DNA of 62,121 nucleotides, the filler included, from Sphacelaria rigidula (Eukaryota): assembly GCA_964200075.2 (NCBI GenBank). It is 7 parts of 7 records of this genome, joined end to end, with 100 filler letters (N's around TTAATTAATTAA, not from the genome) between each part and the next. Parts side by side here need not be neighbours in the genome. Positions count along the whole stretch, not along the records: positions 17,779 to 26,567 come from CAXNAA020010093.1; positions 26,668 to 35,456 come from CAXNAA020010094.1; positions 35,557 to 44,345 come from CAXNAA020010095.1; 4 more parts are not named here. The stretch is one strand, 5' to 3'. Position 1 is the first letter of the stretch, and every line of letters begins with the position of its first letter. A program made the translations under genes and the position numbers. This document shows, piece by piece, positions 24,150 through 36,199 of this stretch. The notes below the pieces were generated by a model. That model searched no databases. It was not told the origin of the DNA and worked only from the letters and a program-made list of their open reading frames with translations.

Positions 24150-26346
24150 AAGAGTGAAGCGGGAAGCTATAGAGCTAGAGGTGCTGAGGGCTATGGCTAA
24201 CGGCGAAGAGATGGGACTGGATGGGTTCCGTGCTGAACTACTCAAGCTTGGACTATATGAGGAGCCTCCGGAGATCCTGGGCTACTTCCACACAACCATC
24301 GTTGCTGTTTGGACGTCTAGCGAGGTGCGGCGGGGGTGGAAGGATGCTACTATTTGGGTGTCATACAGTACAAGAGCGTAAGGACCGAGTGTGGCACCTG
24401 CAGAGGCATCTGTCTCGTAGCGGATGCTGGTAACGCCCTCCTCAAAAACGTAGCCAGTAGGCCCAGTCATTAGTCATTTAGGCGAGGAGGCCAGGACTCT
24501 TCCGGAAGGACAACGCGAATTTCAGCGACAACGATCGGCCACCGGCATGATATTTGTCGTGCTCCATTTGCAGGAGTTGGAACGGGTGGGTCATACCCCC
24601 GTTGAACATGTTCCGCGTCGATTTGCCGAGGGAGAACGATTCCGCAGGGCGTGTGCTCTTCTGTGGAAGTGCTTGCCAGTTCCGGCGTCCCGCCGCGGAT
24701 GATCGAGGCCATTCGTATGTTCCACGATGGCATGCAAACTGGATAGTGGCGGACTATCATGTTGGTTCCACGTCGGCCAGAGACTCGGGCAAGCATGCGT
24801 TTCGTCCCCGCTACTGCTCAGCATCTTCGGCGTCGCATCGGTGGGCGTTTTTTGCATTGTTTCGCAGCAAAGCGAGCCATCGTGTAAGACTAGGAACACT
24901 TACATGATGTACTCAAAGATGAGGATGGTGACTTGAAAGAAGAGATGCCGCCGGAGAGGGTGCAACTCGCTGTGTGGGGAATGCTACACACGGAAAACGC
25001 CCCCATGACCTCGACATCCCCAGGTGGGCTTGTTGAGATGGTCGCTGTGATGGCCGTGGTCTGTCAAGAGTTCGAACTAACGGTATCGGGGAACAAACCA
25101 GGGGCCATACATCTGTGGTCAGTATCCAGCTCCTCAGAGACAACACTGGACATCCAAGCTGCAGGCCAGTCGATGTAGATGGCCGAGTTTGCCTATCTTG
25201 ATGGGTGCTGTCAACTCTGATGCAAATATCTCAATTGGAACCAACGGCCGCATCAAGGCTGCCTGGGCGTGCTTCCGAGAGAACTACTACCAGATCTACT
25301 ATCGGCCGAATGCACCTTGTCTCTCAGAACTGGCATCTCAAGCGGAGATCGTGGAAGGTGTGCTGTACGGGTGTTCTACATGGACGCTTTGCCCAGAGGA
25401 CTTCGAGAATTTGCGCACTGCCCATGCCCTGACTGCGAGCAGTTGAGTTTGGAAGGAAGCATCGCATAAGTCTCCTTCATACAGATCTGTACTCAAGAGG
25501 ACCTGATCCCTCCTTATCGAGACGACCGCCCACACGCGTCAACTATGCTCCGTCGGGGACCTTGTCCGACAGGGTGAAACACGTCTGCCGGAGCGCATCA
25601 TGTTCAAGGTTCCCCCCACAAGAGCTCGAGCGAGCCTAGCCGGCCTTCGAAACACTGGGGGGTCCTTCTCCAAGAGAGCCTGCGTACCCTAAGGGCTTGT
25701 CTCACGCAAGGGAGGATGCAGGAAGTTGTGCGTCTACGGTGCGAAGGTCTAAGACTCACAAGCTTGGCTTGGCTCGTTACCGCTACGAACGTTAGCAAAT
25801 GGCACCTGGGGGTCGTGGTCGATACAGGGGGGTGGACTTCGAGAAGGCTCGGCGATGCGAAAATCTCCGTCAAAAGGAGAGCCGCCACCGCTGGCGTAGC
25901 AATACCATGGCAACCAGAGCCCGGGAGGAATAAAAAAATGGGAATGATAAGAGAGAGTGACGTTGTACCTGACTAGGGATGAGTGAGAAAGGCAGGAGCA
26001 GCGTGCGAATTGATGATCGGTGTCATGTATTGGTTGTTGACTTGTATCTCTGGTTTGCAACTTCAGCGACATCCCCCCGCCGTGACTTCTCTTCAAATTT
26101 TTGTTCCGGATTCTTTTCCTCCGTTCCTCTTCCTTATCATCCGCATCCTTTATCTCTCTTTTCCCTCTCCACGTTATGTCCCTTCATTTTCCCCTTCCCT
26201 CTCCGTGTTTCCCCTTCCTTCTCAAATCTCCTCAAGATGGTGAGTATTTTCTGTTCATTTCGTCTTGGCACGTCTATCTTGTACTTATCGACCGGTGCTG
26301 GATTCGTAACCAATCAGCTAATGCCAATGTGCCATAATCAATCAAC
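24150..26346 (+). mobile_element. Decayed RTE-clade non-LTR retrotransposon (RT fragments plus 3' end)
   Basis: Broken frames give LRAMANGEEMGLDGFRAELLKLGL...VWTSSEVRRGWKDATI, WFHVGQRLGQACVSSPLLLSIF, RIKAAWACF and AEIVEGVLYGCSTWTL, all typical of RTE RT and its C-terminus. Ends in an (AATC)n tail at about 26336-26345. Confidence 0.88.
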
Positions 26347-26377
26347 TAGTCGATCACCTCCCCCCACCCCCTCTCAA

Positions 26378-26515
26378 AGTGCTCCGTCTCGAAAGGGATG
26401 CGTGTTCAATGGTTAAACGACCAAGCCAAGCAACAAATGATTCCCCCCCCCCCCCCGCCCCCCTATAGCCTGGTTCGGCGAGAACCCGGCGTGCTTCGTC
26501 CCGGCTTTGTAGGGG
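26378..26515 (+). repeat. LINE 3'-end fragment plus associated repeat
   Basis: gctccgtctcgaaagggatgcgtg...agcaacaaatga and cctggttcggcgagaacccggcgtgct...cccggctttgtaggg. Both blocks are found reverse-complemented at 61915-62111. Confidence 0.7.
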
Positions 26516-26667
26516 CGGACCCCCGATGGGGTTGGCGTCGCTTGGCGATGACGCTATAAAACACGCCNNNNNNNNNNNNNNNNNNNNNNNNNNNNNNNNN
26601 NNNNNNNNNNNTTAATTAATTAANNNNNNNNNNNNNNNNNNNNNNNNNNNNNNNNNNNNNNNNNNNN

Positions 26668-26917
26668 GGAGAGCGACTATGCCGTGGGTACACAAAATTC
26701 GACGTGACGGTCGATGAGGGAAAGGGATTGCTGAACCCCTCTCGCGATAAAAAATAAAGGCGAGCACCGCAGAAGGAAGGTGGAGTTAAAAAACAAATAA
26801 AATATAAAAAAGCTCCTGTGTTGACCTTTCTCCTGTGTGACCCCGGCTGGTGCGCTCAGATATACCGAAAGGGGTAGACCGGCGTCCAGAATAGATGGGA
26901 CGACAGCACACAACACA
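26668..26917 (+). mobile_element. SINE-like repeat body and 3' end
   Basis: The 3' part ggctggtgcgc..atataccgaa..agaccggcgtccaga..atgggac..cacacaacaca is duplicated at 10915-10993 on another contig. Confidence 0.6.
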
Positions 26918-28225
26918 CCTACGATACCTACGATACCACGGTTTTTCGAGATTCCGATACCTACCGTACCCGATCAATCAGGTATTTTCAAAACTCATAC
27001 CTACGATACGTACGCATACCACCCGGTATACCCGGTAAATACCGGACGCGATGCACTTCCCACGGTGCAGCAGCTGGTCCCAACTTACGCAAAGGCCGGA
27101 AGTTGTCGGAACAGGCACTTCTTGTTTTCACAAGTGATATATACCCAGATCAATTCGAATGAACATATTATCATGTAGTCTGGAGTGCGGTCGAAATTCA
27201 CTTTTCCGACCTGATAGGTTCACCGCATTTCTGTGCTTAGAAGGCTTCAACTCAAATTTGTAGTTAGTGGCGCGCGGGGAAAAAATACAAAACAATAAAG
27301 CTAAGCTTCGATCAAATACATGCGGGCGAAGTGCACGAAGCTGCGAAGCGGCTCTTCACTCCTTTCTTACAGACCACAACGCCAGATAACACCCTTTCAC
27401 AGAACCATGTGAACTCCATCCAACTCATTCTCAGCTACCACCGTAACCTGCAGCATCGAGTACGAGTTGAGCACAGGGATAGATACACTGCAGTAGTTGG
27501 GTATGCTTTGTTTATTTTTTGTTGGCGAAAACTCGCCCATCTTATTTCATGCTAGGATCAGCGACGGAACTGCGTGGTACGGTGGGCAATCGAGTTGCGT
27601 ACACGCTCATGGATGGTGCAGGCAGTACTAGGCTGCACGTCGCTGTGAAGTCCTTTTCACGTCGCATTGTAAGCAGAGAGAACTGATAGTCCTAGACTGA
27701 CTGCACTGCACCTTGCCCGCTTCTCTTCAAAATCCTACTGTACGAAACACGCACGAACGCACTCGAGACACTGCTTGCAAGCAGTGCAGACAGTATAGAC
27801 GGTCTGCGCTATGTACACGAGTGATCGTGTACCGTTTCACGAATTTCACATGTCTCTTCTCGATCGAGAGCTTGACAATTCGCTTGGACCCACTTCGAGA
27901 AGAATGAGCGAATTTCGTTCAAATCAATCATACCGCCCCTTTTCTCGACCGAGAAGAAAAGTGCCAAGACACGCCCTGAAACGCTTCTGCGTACTGCCAG
28001 ATGACGGTTTTGAGACCGGTATAGAGGGTGAGGCAGGTTCCCGGCACTGGTATTTGGAACATCTCATACCCTACCGATACTGGTTCAATCGGGTATTTTC
28101 AAATGTCATACCTATGATACCTACGATACCACGGTCTTTCGAGATACCAATACCTACCGTACCCGCCCAATTGGGTATTTTCAAAACTCGTACCTACGAT
28201 ACCCACGCCTACCACGGTATGGGAG
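26917..28225 (+). repeat. About 110-bp direct repeat (26917-27030 and 28111-28220) rich in TACC/GATACC
   Basis: cctacgataccacggt..tcgagat..atacctaccgtacccg..ggtattttcaaaactc..tacctacgatac occurs twice. Confidence 0.8.
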
Positions 28226-30661
28226 ACGCCGGTAAATACCGGGGGTACGCTCGGTACTGTACCTTACCTTCGGTGCCTGTGGAGTATTGCTCATTTGACT
28301 ACATACCGCTCGGGTGACGGTGCCAAGCGTATTGACGTACCGAATCGACTGTACTGAACTACACCCAGTGTATTAGTATGCCTTTGCATCGCAAGCACAA
28401 TAATCTGTCGCGTGTATTGCATCAACGCTCTGTGAATCAAGCATCGAGCACCTCGATCGAACCGGACCGATTTTTTCCCCCCCTTTCCACCTCTGTTCGG
28501 CGGTGCTTGCCCCACATTTTGTCGTCAGAAGGGTCCACCGCCCCCTTTCCTCGCCGACCGTGACACCGGATTAAGCAGCGGTTGTACCCATTTTAGCAAT
28601 CGTGTAGACATTTCCACCGTCTGACGCGCTTTTGGTACGATGACGTTGCTCCTCGGCAGGTGCTAGGGCGCTTCATGTGCTCGGGAGGGGCAACTGCTTC
28701 GACGTCAACGGACAGTGTTCTTCAGTGAGCGATCAGCTCTCGCGACAGTTTTTCACAAGTTCTGTGAAAAGGTTGTCCACGAATTGTATACAACGTGGAT
28801 TTTTCTGCCCGAGGTTGACCATCTCAAAGGAGCGTTCGTCGTTGTATCTGTTGTAAGTTCGTGGCCTGATGTTTATTGCCACTTTTGATATTGCTCATTG
28901 GGACGTAAATTCGAAAGAGCGTAGTTATGTCGTACTTGTCGTGAAATATCTCATAGGATGGTCCAGCAGGCGCGAGTGGAACTGTAGACGCCGGTTATTG
29001 AATTCATTGGTGAACTCTTCTTCGTTGACGGCGGATACGATGTTGTGTGGGTTGCGACGGGGTCTTACCGATAGGCTACCGGTACCGGTGTTCGAGATGG
29101 GGGGAGGAGGGATAGGTTGGGCGTTACTGTTGCATGACGTATACCGTAAACGTGCGAACCTCGGCAGCCCGTGCGATTATTGTGTGGAAGGTCAGAGTTC
29201 TTCCTGCTTTAGATCTAGACGTACGATGAGTCTGACTCCTGTCGGAAAATGAAACAAATCGCTTGCTTCATAGTTTTTTTGTGCACCCGCGTGTGATGGC
29301 TCAGGCTCAGGCCATACTGAATGGAATTGCAGCGGCTTTACCGCACTGCTGTCGGGTGAAGGCGTCGGGTACATTTCGAACACCGTTATTACGTGCATGC
29401 ACCGAAGTATTTGCGCAGCAAAGCATACAGCAAAACACGCTGCTGCTTGCCCACAAGCAACGCACCACACCCGGATTTTTTTCATTTGTGGCAGCACTCG
29501 GGTAGAGAGTCAAAAACGTACCCGACTCTACCTCACTCTGAGTAGAGTCATAAACATACAAACTTCACCCAAAAGTCGCCCTAAAAGAGAGCAAGGTGGA
29601 TTTTGACACCTTGGAATGCCTTGCTCTACTGGTTGAGACGGTTCGAGCACACCTTGATTTTTTTCCGCTGTTGGCAATTTTTTTCTAGCCAACCTTGCTT
29701 CTTCTCGGTCTCCGCTGCTTTTTCTCGAAGATCAGTCAAGTCCATACAAAGCTCGGATTTGTTGCTGGATTCGACCGATCTCCGTCTCCAGTGAGCGGTC
29801 TCCGAGAAACTGGTGGGCGTATGCATTGTAGGAAAATAAGAAGCCCGGTCGCGTTTTGGTGTTGGGACAGCGAACCCCTCCCCAAAGCACCATTCCTTCT
29901 CCACCTTCCTTTCCTTCGCACGCAGACCAAATGCCGCGTATAGCCCCGACATTTTTTATGGCACCGGCCGGTACATGGCCGAAAATCCGGCGAGACAGTT
30001 CAACCGACAGGATTCAGGAGAGGGTGCAGCAATCTGGGCTAATGCTCGTGAGGAATCGAAACAGAAATTTATTGATTTGATTGATTGTCGCGCTTTGACG
30101 GACCCCAGGGATCCAGCCGTGGTCACACGATAGACGTACCCTAGACAGACCAGAATTGAAATACTTGCCGTGAAAAGAAAAAGAGGCCCCACCCATCTCC
30201 GCTACATCGATGTTGACGCGGTCAACAAAATGTGTGTGCTTCCTAAAAATGAATGTAGAAAATAGAACACAAAAGGAATCGTCTCAGACCAAACTTCAAA
30301 AACAAAAAGGGGAATAAAAATCCGACCAGGAACTGCCGTGGAACAAAACCGAAATGCTTCGCCGATCTCTCGTACAAACACAATAAGTATCTTTCTTTTT
30401 TTCTGCGATTTTTTTGTCGCACATCGACCGACCCCCGAAGACCCCACCCATTTTCGCTCAGTCGCTTTATATTTGACAAAACAGAGGTAGAGGAAAATAT
30501 GAAACCATTACAAAAGAAAACATGAATAAACGAACGGACTCGCAAACAAACGTGGCCAGCACCGAGACAAGATCGAAAGCAAAAATTCGAAGGGGAATAT
30601 ATGCGAGAACAAACAAACGGAGTCAAATTACGTACAACCGCACCCCTCCGTATGGCAAAAT

Positions 30662-33600
30662 TCAGGCAACGTCGATGAGGTCTGCATCGTCCCTCCGATG
30701 GCGGACATCCGTTGCGGCCCGCTCTTGCGCACACCCTTGCCCCCCCTCCCCCCCTCCAACCCCGACGTGGTTGCTCGGACTAGCTCTGCGCGGACACTGG
30801 GACTCTCCGAAGCCGTCGCCCTCCATCAGATATTCGCTCGCATCCGAAGTTGATTGGGTCTCCGTCACGTCGGTGTCGGTAGGTAGGCCGGGTGATTCGA
30901 ACTTTGACTTTGCTGGAACTTCATCGGTCTCGGTACAAGCAGCTGCAGAGTTCTCGACCGAGGTGCCGTTCAGAACCTGCAGCAGCTCTGCCAGCTTCTC
31001 CTTCGCCTCGACGGCTCTCCCCATCTCCTTCAAAACAGATACGCTGCTCTGCAGCATGCGCACCTTTTGGTGGTGCTTCTACACCGCCGCCACCCTGGCA
31101 ACCTCTACCCGAAGTTGCGACGCTTGTTTCACGGCTCCGTGCATTGCGGTTGTGATTTTATCGCGCTGTGCGGCGCAAATGGCGACGCCTTTTTTCCCTC
31201 CGCGCTTTTTTCCTTCTTCTCCTTCTACAGGCTTCGGCGGCTCATCATGCCGCCGTCGTCGTCGAGCTTCTTCATTGCCTCTGGCGACTCAACGGCATTC
31301 ACCGGCGGATCGCCAGCGCTGTCTCCCTCGGCGGGGTTGCCAGCTTCGGTCTAGGTGGGAGCTCGCCGCTTCTTCCTATCCGGCCCACTGGAGGTCAGCA
31401 GGTCGAATTCCTGCTCAGGGACCGACCGCACTCTGCGGACCCTAGAAGGCATAGACGAGTAGATGAGGGGGAACCCAGTCCTTGGGCATCGCACGTGCCC
31501 CGCCATCGGTTGTCCTACCCTGACTCACGTTCTCGCCGCCCTTCAACGACATGTCTGTCGAGTCACACTTTTTCCTCACCGTCTTCTACGATTGCCGCTT
31601 TCTCCAATCCTCCATCGTTTTCTCTGCGTAACGGTCCAGGCATGCACCATAAGGCGCCCCATGAGATCCGGCATTTGTTGACCGGAGGGAAGTTTGTCGC
31701 CAACCTTTACTTTGCTGCATGAGAGAATACGACAACGGCAGCGGCGTCAGTCAAACGTACACTTAGCGGTCAAGTGTATATGCAATAGGTCGGGAAGGTA
31801 GCAGCACATCTGTGCTTCACGGAAATAAAAGCGCACCGAGCGACACCGTGACAAAATAAAATCGGAAATAACCCGCGGCGGTGCGGTCGTACCCCGTCAG
31901 CGCCCCCTTCTGGTGATTGATGTTTTCCGGCAGCCCAATCGTGGTCCCCTCATCGTACTGTGCTGCGGTGTATCGTCCGCAACAAAACGGCTCTCGGGTA
32001 CACCGTTCATGACGTCTTGTACACAAAAGCCCCTATGCAAACCGCTTCTTCCTGCGTACATTCTGACGACAGCATCGCGGCTGAACTCCACCCCCCAGCG
32101 TAAGGTGCAAACATACTACAGTTGTCCACCTACGCCCACCGAATAAACTTCGAATTTGCGAACTCGCGATCAATAATGGGTTCTGAGATTGAGAGTAGAG
32201 CGTTGATTAAGAGTGGGTTTTATCATTCGCTTTTCTTGACCAACTTTTCATTCTGTTCGTGCTTGTCTTTGCCTGTAATACTGGCGTGTGCGTATAGCTA
32301 CATATCGATGTCCTACTGTGGGATATCAAGGGCTTCAGTGATGAGCTACTACAAAAAGCGAATCGGGCCTCGCGGTACATTTCGGAACCGAAACGATTCA
32401 TTCATTCATTTACCGCTTCTCACTCTCATATCCTTTACTCCCGATCCCACGAGAACATCGCAGATCTTCACCTGCCAATAACAGCGACTAGGTCTTGTTT
32501 GACCTCCTTCTTGATGGTTTTCCACCGATTCTAAACGGCAGAAGCTGTGTCTGTAAAAGTCTTGGTCTGCCGTTCCTTGCCTGTATACGTGGATGCGCGA
32601 GGGACGAGAGTTCAGGATGCCATCGCTTGCACGGCGATTTCGATAATTGCGTAGGTGTTTTCTCCTCCAACCGCGATCTGGTGAGGTCGGCCCAACCTGA
32701 CAAGTAATACTAGGATGATTCTGTAGTGAATTATTTTTTTTGCGCGGAGGGCGATTATGGCCGAGCGTTCAAGATCGGCACCGGGCAAACACTAAGAATC
32801 CGTTGAAAATCAGGCGAAGAACTGGGAGGGGGAAGCCGTGGTGCTGCTTGCACCCGTCAGCGTGGGGGCCGCTGCAGCTGTCGTCGCCGCCAGCAGTGGC
32901 GGTGGCGGGAAGACACGACCAGCCACACTGAGATGGGGATATATACAGATACACGAGCATCGCAATGACCCCCTGGGGCGGTATTGTAACCCTCGCTGTC
33001 TGCTGGTCTGCTTGTCGCTTCGTTTCTATGCTGCTGTTGTATCTGCCCCGGCTCTACTGTACTGTTCACTCCTGTACTGTAGAATGTAGGCTACAGGTGT
33101 GACTCGAGTCTGCGAGCCAATCACCAGCGTGTTTTACTGCATAATTCACACCAAGGTCGCATTTCATTGGCGCTGGGTTCCGCTCGAAGTGTGCGCCTAA
33201 TACTATCCTTTACCAGTTACTGTTACTGACTTGTGCGGCGACTACGCAGACCTCTATATTGTACTCAAGTACTATCCGAGATCCTCCGCATATTTTAAAC
33301 CCTACTGTTGCGGTGCAATTTACAAGTCACTCTGTAGTGTCACGAGTGCAGCACGGTCACCTCCCCGGCAGAATGCCCTACCAACACGACCGTCTTCACG
33401 ATCGTGCGTACTCGCATTGTGTTGTAGCGTAGCAGGCGATTGCAATCGGCATTCAACAACCAACACGCGTGTGGGCACAAATCCAAACCCTCACCTGAGC
33501 TGAGCGTGGCATGGCGCAGTGCCTCCACGTGAAGCCCGTACGGCTTTTGAACGTCGTTGCTGTCGAGCCACTTGATTTAGCCCTCCGCTGCACAGTTCAA

Positions 33601-33780
33601 AAATGTACTCGTCGTCTGATCATCGCGATCGGCTGCACTCATCGTGCGCTGTTTTTCACAGCTAGCGCGCTGTAGGTGATCGCGATGCCCGGGTGCGCCT
33701 TGAAGACGTTGGGGCTGATCGTGTTGCCGTGGTACACATGTACCCTGTCGTATGCCAACTGACCAGACTTGGGTAGGGTA
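30662..33780 (-). pseudogene. Decayed spliced gene, Myb/SANT-like N-terminal part with LPSG motif (PIF/Harbinger ORF1-like)
   Basis: The exon ending at 32472 reads SAV*NRWKTIKKEVKQDLVAVIG and splices in phase (AG|gtgaag...tgcag|C) to 31714: SKVKVGDKLPSGQQMPDLM...VRMLQSSVSVLKEMGRAVEAKEKLAELLQ. Several in-frame stops. Confidence 0.45.
32179..32456. mobile_element. MITE family B, copy 2
   Basis: Collinear with 1669-1951 (actggcgtgtgc..gggatatcaagggc..agctactaca..gaaacgattca). Lies inside an inferred intron. Confidence 0.8.
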
Positions 33781-35019
33781 GGATGATTGCGGCCGCCATG
33801 TATTCCTTGCTAATGGTGGTACTTGCTGGTGGATAAGCTGCTGTGGGCTGTGGTGTGCGTCGGCGGTTGTGAATGAGCGTGTGTGCGGCAAGCTGTAGTG
33901 GCTTGCTTCATCGTACAGCGGATGACAGGATTCAGATTTGAATCTCAGCTAAAAACGCCTGTCCAAGACGCTGCAACTCTGTGCTTTTTTTTAGTTGCTG
34001 TAAGAAGTGGTCGAACAAAAATTACGTCACATTTTTGTCTGGACAAAAAGTGGCAAAAAATATTTATTTTGAGTGTGAAATTTGTTTATTACAGGAAGCG
34101 GCTTTAGACCCACTTTTATGACAGGCACGAATCTTGAATTTTTCAAAATCGGGGAGACAAAACGTCGGGAGCGCACTTTATGGACACGGATTTGGACCAC
34201 ATCGGGGGCGAAAAATCGGGGGGTCACGATCTCGGAACGTTTTCCCCGATTATCGAAAAAATCGGGGGAAATGGTTCCGAGATCGTGACTTCCCCCAATT
34301 TTTTTGAGGTGACGTACGTGCATGACGTACATTGGTAAATAACGAGGCGTCTGATATTTTTGCAACGGCAGCAGAAGAGAGTCTCGCGAGCGTGCATACT
34401 GCCGCCCCCAGCTGCTGAAGCAACTTCGCACGGGGTTTGACAAGCGGATAATGAGTGCTGACGCCATACCCTACGGCGATAGTTATATTTTATACTGCGC
34501 TGCGCTGCCATATGTATCGCACTATAACGAACGCTACTGTACTCTCCCAGCTGTTGTCGCTGTTGGTGATGTGCGGCACTGTACTACTGAACTCTGCTCG
34601 CGCACTGTTTGTTCTCCGTTCTCGCAATACCGACTGTGCCATCATGTACTACCACAAGGTATTATCATGTACTGTACTGATGGAATGTCCTGCACTGTAT
34701 TACCCTAGGGTACCAAGGTACGATACTGTACTCGAAGGAGTGTTTACCGCCTGCCTGCTCTTCGGCTTCATGCACGAGTACGCAGTACCTCACTCATGCA
34801 AAAAAATGACCGTCTGTGTACGGAACCGTCGCACATAGCTGTGATACTCTCCCGCCTGTGCCATAAAACGGTCCCCCCGATTTCGAGTTCACGAATTTGA
34901 GCCCCCCCCCCGATTTTTTCAAAATCGGGGTCCGAAAAAATCGATATTTGTTTGCCATAAAAGTAGGTCCTATGGACACGGATTTGGATCAAATCGGGGG
35001 TGAAAAATCCAGGGCTTTT

Positions 35020-35295
35020 CACGTTGAACGTTACGCGTACGTTACACGTCACAAACGTACGGCACAAATGTGACGTAACGTAACGTAACGTACTGGTGAA
35101 AAAATGTGAAGTGACACAACGTTCAATTTTTCAATACGTCACAAATGTGACGTTACGTGACGTATTTTTTTCTATACGTCACAGTAACGTATTTTGAAAC
35201 GTTTCCCGTGACGTGTAACGTATTATACGTTACACGTCACAAATACGTTACACGTCACATTATCACACGTTTGTGACGTCTGAATGAACGTCACG
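35020..35295. repeat. ACGT-core degenerate repeat cluster
   Basis: Dense tgacgt/aacgt/cacgt/tacgt words in both orientations. Confidence 0.7.
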
Positions 35296-35391
35296 ATCGA
35301 TACACGCTCAACTTGTACCACAATAAGTGTGAGATTAGCATATTTACGTGATACTCGCATGATATGATACATGGGTTCAAGAAGAGTGTGC

Positions 35392-35428
<37 letters not shown>

Positions 35429-35556
35429 TCCGCACATTACTCAAATCTAACGAACANNNNNNNNNNNNNNNNNNNNNNNNNNNNNNNNNNNNNNNNNNNN
35501 TTAATTAATTAANNNNNNNNNNNNNNNNNNNNNNNNNNNNNNNNNNNNNNNNNNNN

Positions 35557-35622
35557 ACTGAAAGCGAATGATCAAAGCCACTCTCAATAGTATCATCTAC
35601 TCTCAATCTCACGAAAACACTG
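35557..35622 (-). repeat. MITE family B terminus (contig start)
   Basis: ctctcaatagtatcatctactctcaatctcacgaaaacactg is the reverse complement of the family B left end. Confidence 0.7.
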
Positions 35623-36199
35623 TTGCAAGTGCACCGCAGACAAATAAACGCGAATTGTTCTCCTGTGATGGTTTTACAGTCTTAGCATGTGCCGTTTGAT
35701 CAGTTCCTCAACCCCCCCTCCCCAACCCATTGGCCCCGTACATGTAGTAGGTGACGTGGGATGCACCGTATTGTTGAACTGTGTCGATGACATAACGAGG
35801 GTCATACCGCACTCCCAGGAAGCGTTGAAGACGAGCGTAATGAGTGACACGTGGAAATAAGGCCAGGACCGCAATGGCAGATCATGTGTGCCGCGATGTA
35901 GCGTCAGCTTTGTTCACAGCGCATGTCGACTTACCCAATAATAGATTTGTTCGCTTGGACTGTGCTGTATCCGCAGATATCGTAGACACAGTAAGCGACG
36001 GAGACCACCGCTCTCCACCGCAATCAATTTGATGGCTTTGGCACGTGTGCTGCGGCTGCAATTGAGAACCAGATCGATGACATGAGGAATGAAACACAGG
36101 ATGCTCGCCCTACCGTACTATCATACATGAATGCACTCCATCATCACAGATTCCCACCCCCTACGCGCGCCGCATCTTACTTCCCTACCGTATCATCAG

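Noticed and set aside
26917-28225. CRISPR-like repeats
   Set aside because: Only two long imperfect copies, no regular repeat-spacer pattern, no cas genes, eukaryotic context.
30522-31445. 307-aa plus-strand ORF
   Set aside because: Antisense shadow of the minus-strand decayed gene, with no recognisable motif.
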